A DNA stretch of 52,750 nt, taken from positions 1-52,750 of the IMG/VR virus record IMGVR_UViG_3300032308_001864; one strand, given 5' to 3'. Numbering within the stretch: the first letter of the stretch is position 1; each line of letters starts with the position of its first letter. A program made the translations under genes and the position numbers. Below, in pieces: positions 48,451-52,750 of this stretch. The notes under the pieces were generated by a model. The model saw only the letters and a list, made by a program, of their open reading frames with translations, was not told where the DNA came from and did no database searches. Source of the stretch: a virus. Its lineage: Duplodnaviria; Caudoviricetes.

Positions 48451-49698
48451 ATGAAAAAGATTTTTATATCAATTGCGTCTTATAGAGACCCGGAACTAAT
48501 CCCCACAATCGAAGATTGTATAAAAAATGCTAAAAACCCCGAAAATCTAGTTTTTAGTATAGCTTGGCAACATTCTAAAGACGATTCTTTTGACGATTTA
48601 TCTGTCTACAAAGATGATAAAAGGTTTAAAATTATCGATATACCTTATGAAGAATCTAAAGGGGCGTGTTGGGCAAGAAATAGAGTCCAAGAAAATTATA
48701 ACGGAGAAGATTATTATCTTCAACTAGATTCACATCATAGATTTATCCCTAATTGGGATGCGGAATGCATAAAAATGATACAAAAATTAAAGAAAAAAGG
48801 TTTTAGCAAACCTCTTTTAACAGGTTATGTATCGTCTTATGATCCCTCTAATGACCCGGGATCTAGAATAATGCAGCCTTGGAGAATGGCTTTTGATAGG
48901 TATATACCGGAAGGAGCTATATTCTTTTTACCTGAACAAATTCCTGATTATGAAAAATTAAAAGAGCCCATACCAGCAAGATTTTTATCAGCACATTTTA
49001 TTTTTACTGTGGGTCAATTTGCAAAAGAAGTTCCTTATGACCCCGATTATTATTTTCATGGAGAGGAAATTTCTTTGGCTGCTAGAGCTTACACTTGGGG
49101 GTATGACCTTTTTCATCCACATAAAGTAATAGTTTGGCACGAATATACTAGACGTGGTAGAGTTAAACAATGGGACGATGATAAAGATTGGGTTAACAAA
49201 AATAATAGTGCGCATAAAAGAAATAGAACACTTTTTGGAATGGATGGAGAATGTCCTTGCACAACCGATTTTGGTATTTATGGCTTCGGTAGAGAGAGGA
49301 TGTTGTATGATTACGAGAAATACGCGGGATTACAATTTAGAACAAGACGAGTACATAAAAATACTTTAGATAAGGTAACACCTACACATGAACCTATAAC
49401 TGATCAAGAACATTATGAGGGATTAGTTTCTAGATTTAAACATTGTATAGATGTTTTTCCTGGACAAGTACCGGAAAATGATTATGATTTTTGGGTTGTA
49501 GCAGTACATTCTGAAAATGACGAAACCTTATATAGAAAAGATTTATCCGGCGAAGAAATAAAAGTGTTAGGTAGTGACCCTGACAATTATTATAAGATTT
49601 TTGTGGAATTTGATTCTATAGAAAAGCCTCATTATTGGGTTGTATGGCCGCATAGCACATCTAAAGGGTGGTGCGAAAGATTGACTAATAAAATATAA
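48451..49698 (+). CDS. GT60-like polypeptide alpha-GlcNAc transferase (Pfam GlcNAc family)
   Basis: IFISIASYRDPE, SKGACWAR, YYLQLDSHHRF...WD (DSH motif), EVPYDP...FHGEEISLAARAYTWGYDLFHP match the pattern of Dictyostelium Gnt1-type enzymes. Confidence 0.88.
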   Translation: MKKIFISIASYRDPELIPTIEDCIKNAKNPENLVFSIAWQHSKDDSFDDLSVYKDDKRFKIIDIPYEESKGACWARNRVQENYNGEDYYLQLDSHHRFIPNWDAECIKMIQKLKKKGFSKPLLTGYVSSYDPSNDPGSRIMQPWRMAFDRYIPEGAIFFLPEQIPDYEKLKEPIPARFLSAHFIFTVGQFAKEVPYDPDYYFHGEEISLAARAYTWGYDLFHPHKVIVWHEYTRRGRVKQWDDDKDWVNKNNSAHKRNRTLFGMDGECPCTTDFGIYGFGRERMLYDYEKYAGLQFRTRRVHKNTLDKVTPTHEPITDQEHYEGLVSRFKHCIDVFPGQVPENDYDFWVVAVHSENDETLYRKDLSGEEIKVLGSDPDNYYKIFVEFDSIEKPHYWVVWPHSTSKGWCERLTNKI

Positions 49699-49700
49699 GT

Positions 49701-51317
49701 ATGAAGATAAAAGTAATACAGTATTATACGTCTAATATAAGTTATGGGCAGTATTCTAAAGAGATAAATGAAAAATATTGTAGCTTACATGGCTATGATT
49801 ATTACTGCGAGACAGACGATGTTAAAATACAGAATAAAATAAAAGATAGGGCTCCTACTTGGTACAAACCTATTTTTATAAATGAGCATTTACATGATTG
49901 CGACTACGTTTTATTTATAGATGCAGATGCAGTTTTTGATGATTGGTCTAAAAAAATAGAAGAATATGTTGAAAAAAATTATGATTTTGTTGTAACTGAA
50001 GACCACGGTCCATCTGTTATGAATGCGGGTGTTATTTTAGTAAAAAATACAGATACTAGCAAGAATTTTTTAAAAAAATGGTGGGAATTAGCGGAAAATT
50101 TAAATAATCTAAAAAATGGATTATGGCATGACCAAACATGTTTTGGTCTTCTTGCAAAATATAATGATGACCATAAAAATAAAATAAAGATTGTAACAAA
50201 TAGATTTTTAAATCATAGGGAATATAATAAAGGCGCTTTAATATTTCACGCATTTGCATATGGTATGCAGCCTTACAGAACGATTGACCAAGTCTATAAA
50301 GATAAAATATTAAATTCTAATTTTTCTTTAGAAAAAAAAGAAGTAGTTAAAAAAATATATTTAGTATATCATTGTTTTTTAGTAAAAAATTGGAAAATTC
50401 TTGTTAAAGAACAAATAGAGAGAATTGTAAATTCTGGATTGTATGATAAAGCTGAAGTTTTTTATTGTACTGTAATAGATTTGCATGACAATAAAGAAGA
50501 GTTCTTAGATCTTGTAAAAGATTATACTAAAATAAAACCAACATTTTTTGAAAATAACCAATACGAGCACGAAGGAATTAAAAAAGTTTGGGAAACAGCA
50601 AATGACAATGATGGATATATTTTGTATTTTCATACAAAAGGCGTCTTTAATGATTTTATAGATAATGATAATCCTCAGAAAGATGATTTAAAAATAAAAA
50701 CGGTTAAAGATTGGCGGCACTTATTAGAGTATTATTGCATAGATAAATGGGAAGAAGCAGTTGATAAATTGCAATATCATGATATGACGGGTGTCACTAA
50801 TAATAATAATTGGTGGTGGGGGAATTTTTGGTGGGCTACTACAGACTACATAAAAACTTTAAATACCCCTTCTGATGGAGATAGATGGTACTACGAAGCC
50901 TGGGTAAACAGCAGAGGTTCAGCAACTAAATATGAATTTCATCATTGTGATTTTATATTTTATTATACCGACTACCCTGAAAAATTTTATAAAAATAAAG
51001 AGTTTTATAAAGATAGTAAAATAATACTTAGAAGCGCTTTTTACGGGACACCCCATTCTAGAATGGACGAAGGTTGGCCCCCAGTAGAGGAAGATCCAGT
51101 TTTGATAGACGCTTATGAAAAAATAGAACAAAATCTAAAAGCACACGATTATAAAAAATTTCATTTTATGACTGATAATAATCTTGTTAAAAAAGATCCT
51201 TATTGGGGCAAAAGAAAAGTTTTATATATAACGTACAGCTATGATGTAGAACCCGATATTATTTATAATTTATTTTCTATAGAAGGACAATTTATTTCTT
51301 TTGGCCATGCAGAATAA
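49701..51317 (+). CDS. Multidomain glycosyltransferase: GT34/GMA12-MNN10-like, a second putative transferase domain and a lectin-like tail
   Basis: YCSLHGYDY, TWYKP, LFIDADA (DxD), MNAGVILVKNT, HDQ; middle YFHTKG...WR...GNFWWA; C-terminal SAFYG...DPYWGKRKVLYITY. Confidence 0.78.
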   Translation: MKIKVIQYYTSNISYGQYSKEINEKYCSLHGYDYYCETDDVKIQNKIKDRAPTWYKPIFINEHLHDCDYVLFIDADAVFDDWSKKIEEYVEKNYDFVVTEDHGPSVMNAGVILVKNTDTSKNFLKKWWELAENLNNLKNGLWHDQTCFGLLAKYNDDHKNKIKIVTNRFLNHREYNKGALIFHAFAYGMQPYRTIDQVYKDKILNSNFSLEKKEVVKKIYLVYHCFLVKNWKILVKEQIERIVNSGLYDKAEVFYCTVIDLHDNKEEFLDLVKDYTKIKPTFFENNQYEHEGIKKVWETANDNDGYILYFHTKGVFNDFIDNDNPQKDDLKIKTVKDWRHLLEYYCIDKWEEAVDKLQYHDMTGVTNNNNWWWGNFWWATTDYIKTLNTPSDGDRWYYEAWVNSRGSATKYEFHHCDFIFYYTDYPEKFYKNKEFYKDSKIILRSAFYGTPHSRMDEGWPPVEEDPVLIDAYEKIEQNLKAHDYKKFHFMTDNNLVKKDPYWGKRKVLYITYSYDVEPDIIYNLFSIEGQFISFGHAE

Positions 51318-52750
51318 TGTAACAATAGTCACCGGATTATGGGATTTAGGTAGAGGTGAACTAAAAGAATGGATGCGTAGAGATTTCGAGCAATACAAGA
51401 AAAAGTTTTTTGAAATGCTTGTGTCTGATGTACCTATGTGTATATGGATACCCTCGTCTTTGGTTGACGAAGTTATGAAAATTAGGTCTGAACATAACAC
51501 AAAAATATTTATAAAAGAAGTAAAAGATTTTGAACAATGGTTTCCTTTTTTTGAAGAACATGAGAAAATAAGGACTAACCCCGACTGGTACAATATAGAA
51601 GGTTGGGTAGCTGATTCACCTCAAGCGGCATTGAAATATTACAATCCTATGATGATGTGTAAAGTTTTCATGCTTAATGATAGCGCGATAATAAATCCTT
51701 TTGAATCTAAATATTTTTATTGGGTAGATGGCGGTTTAACAAATACTGTAAGTACAAGTTATTTTACAGACGGGTCTATATTTAAAAAAATTCCTAATTA
51801 TAGTGAGAAATTCATTCATATTTCTTATCCTTATATGCCGAATAAAGAAGTCCATGGATTTCCGGCTGATAAAATGTATGAATACCTTGGGATAAAATCC
51901 GACGAGGAGATACTGATTTCAAGAGGTGGGTTTTTTGGAGGTAAAAAAGAAGATGTTCACACTTATAATAGTCTATACTATTCTGTTTTAGAAGACACTA
52001 TGCGAAAAGGTCTTACCGGAGCGGATGAATGTCTATTTACAATAGTAAAATATCAAAATAAAAATTTTATCGATTCTTTTAAAATAGAAAGTAACGGTTT
52101 AGTTTGGCCGTTTTTTGAAAAAATACATAATTCAGAATTTGATAAGAGTAGAATTGGGTTATATGTAATAACTTTTAATAGTCCGGCACAATTTGAGACA
52201 TTAATAAATTCAATGTTGTCATATGATGCAAATTTTATAAATAAAACAGAAAAATTTTTGTTAGATAACTCTACAGATTTGACAACAACACCTAAATACG
52301 TAGAATTATGTGAAAAATATAACTTTGAACATATAAAAAAAGATAATATAGGCATAGTAGGAGGGAGAGTTTTTGTCGCTGAACATTTTGATAAAAGTAA
52401 TTTAGATTATTATTTTTGGTTTGAAGACGATATGGCTTTTTATGATAAAAAATTCGGAGTTTGTAGAAATGGTTTTAATAGATACACTCCCGATTTATTT
52501 AATAAATGTATCGATATAATAAAAAAAGAAGATTTTGATTTTTTAAAATTGAATTATAGTGAATTCTTTGGCGACAATTCCACGCAATGGGCTTGGTATA
52601 ACGTACCACAAGTAGTAAGAGACAAATTCTGGCCTGAAAATAACACCTTACCTGAACATGGTTTGAGTCAAAATGCGCCTAAAACACTATTTAAAAATAT
52701 AAAATCTCACAAAGAAACCTCTTATGTTTCCGGAGAAATCTTTTTATGTA
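51307..52750 (+). CDS. HtrL/YibB-like glycosyltransferase fused to a GT-A domain (runs off the window)
   Basis: Not in the ORF track; translated by hand from ATG 51307: MQNNVTIVTGLWDLGRG...YNPMMMCKVFML...NPFESKYFYWVDGG...RGGFFGG...DECLF, then GLYVITFNSP...LDNS...NIGIVGGR...YFWFEDD; open to the window end. Confidence 0.8.
   Translation, partial: MQNNVTIVTGLWDLGRGELKEWMRRDFEQYKKKFFEMLVSDVPMCIWIPSSLVDEVMKIRSEHNTKIFIKEVKDFEQWFPFFEEHEKIRTNPDWYNIEGWVADSPQAALKYYNPMMMCKVFMLNDSAIINPFESKYFYWVDGGLTNTVSTSYFTDGSIFKKIPNYSEKFIHISYPYMPNKEVHGFPADKMYEYLGIKSDEEILISRGGFFGGKKEDVHTYNSLYYSVLEDTMRKGLTGADECLFTIVKYQNKNFIDSFKIESNGLVWPFFEKIHNSEFDKSRIGLYVITFNSPAQFETLINSMLSYDANFINKTEKFLLDNSTDLTTTPKYVELCEKYNFEHIKKDNIGIVGGRVFVAEHFDKSNLDYYFWFEDDMAFYDKKFGVCRNGFNRYTPDLFNKCIDIIKKEDFDFLKLNYSEFFGDNSTQWAWYNVPQVVRDKFWPENNTLPEHGLSQNAPKTLFKNIKSHKETSYVSGEIFLC

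Noticed and set aside
1-52750. Stop-codon reassignment (alternative genetic code)
   Set aside because: Long conserved genes are intact and densely packed under the standard code. The split genes change frame or end in TAA, so TAG/TGA readthrough would not join them.
1-52750. Bacterial chromosome or eukaryotic giant-virus origin suggested by groEL and GT60/GT34 genes
   Set aside because: A T4-like replisome, contractile-tail baseplate genes, a peptidoglycan amidase and Bacteroidota promoters all point to a tailed bacteriophage.

Overview
The window is a 52.75 kb, AT-rich, gene-dense segment of a large T4-like myovirus, very probably infecting a Bacteroidota host. Host evidence: several exact TTTG-N19/20-TAnnTTTG promoters, A-rich starts with no Shine-Dalgarno, and a Flavobacterium-type RNR. 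The left arm (minus strand, 1-28499) holds groEL/groES, a replication module (clamp, PolB, NrdAB, helicase, 5'-3' exonuclease, RecA/UvsX, SSB, compact PolA-like protein), a tail module (hub, gp53-like, tube initiator, tape measure, tail chaperone with a likely programmed frameshift) and a late-type sigma factor. A promoter, hairpins and a G-free AT-rich tract (candidate origin) mark the strand switch. The right arm (plus strand) holds spike and baseplate genes, an amidase and large virion proteins. It ends in the most striking element: a 1215-aa virion protein with mucin-like Pro/Thr tracts followed directly by GT60-type, GT34-type and HtrL/GT-A glycosyltransferases, a candidate phage-encoded mucin-type O-glycosylation system. 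All family calls come from motif recognition by eye; no searches were run.
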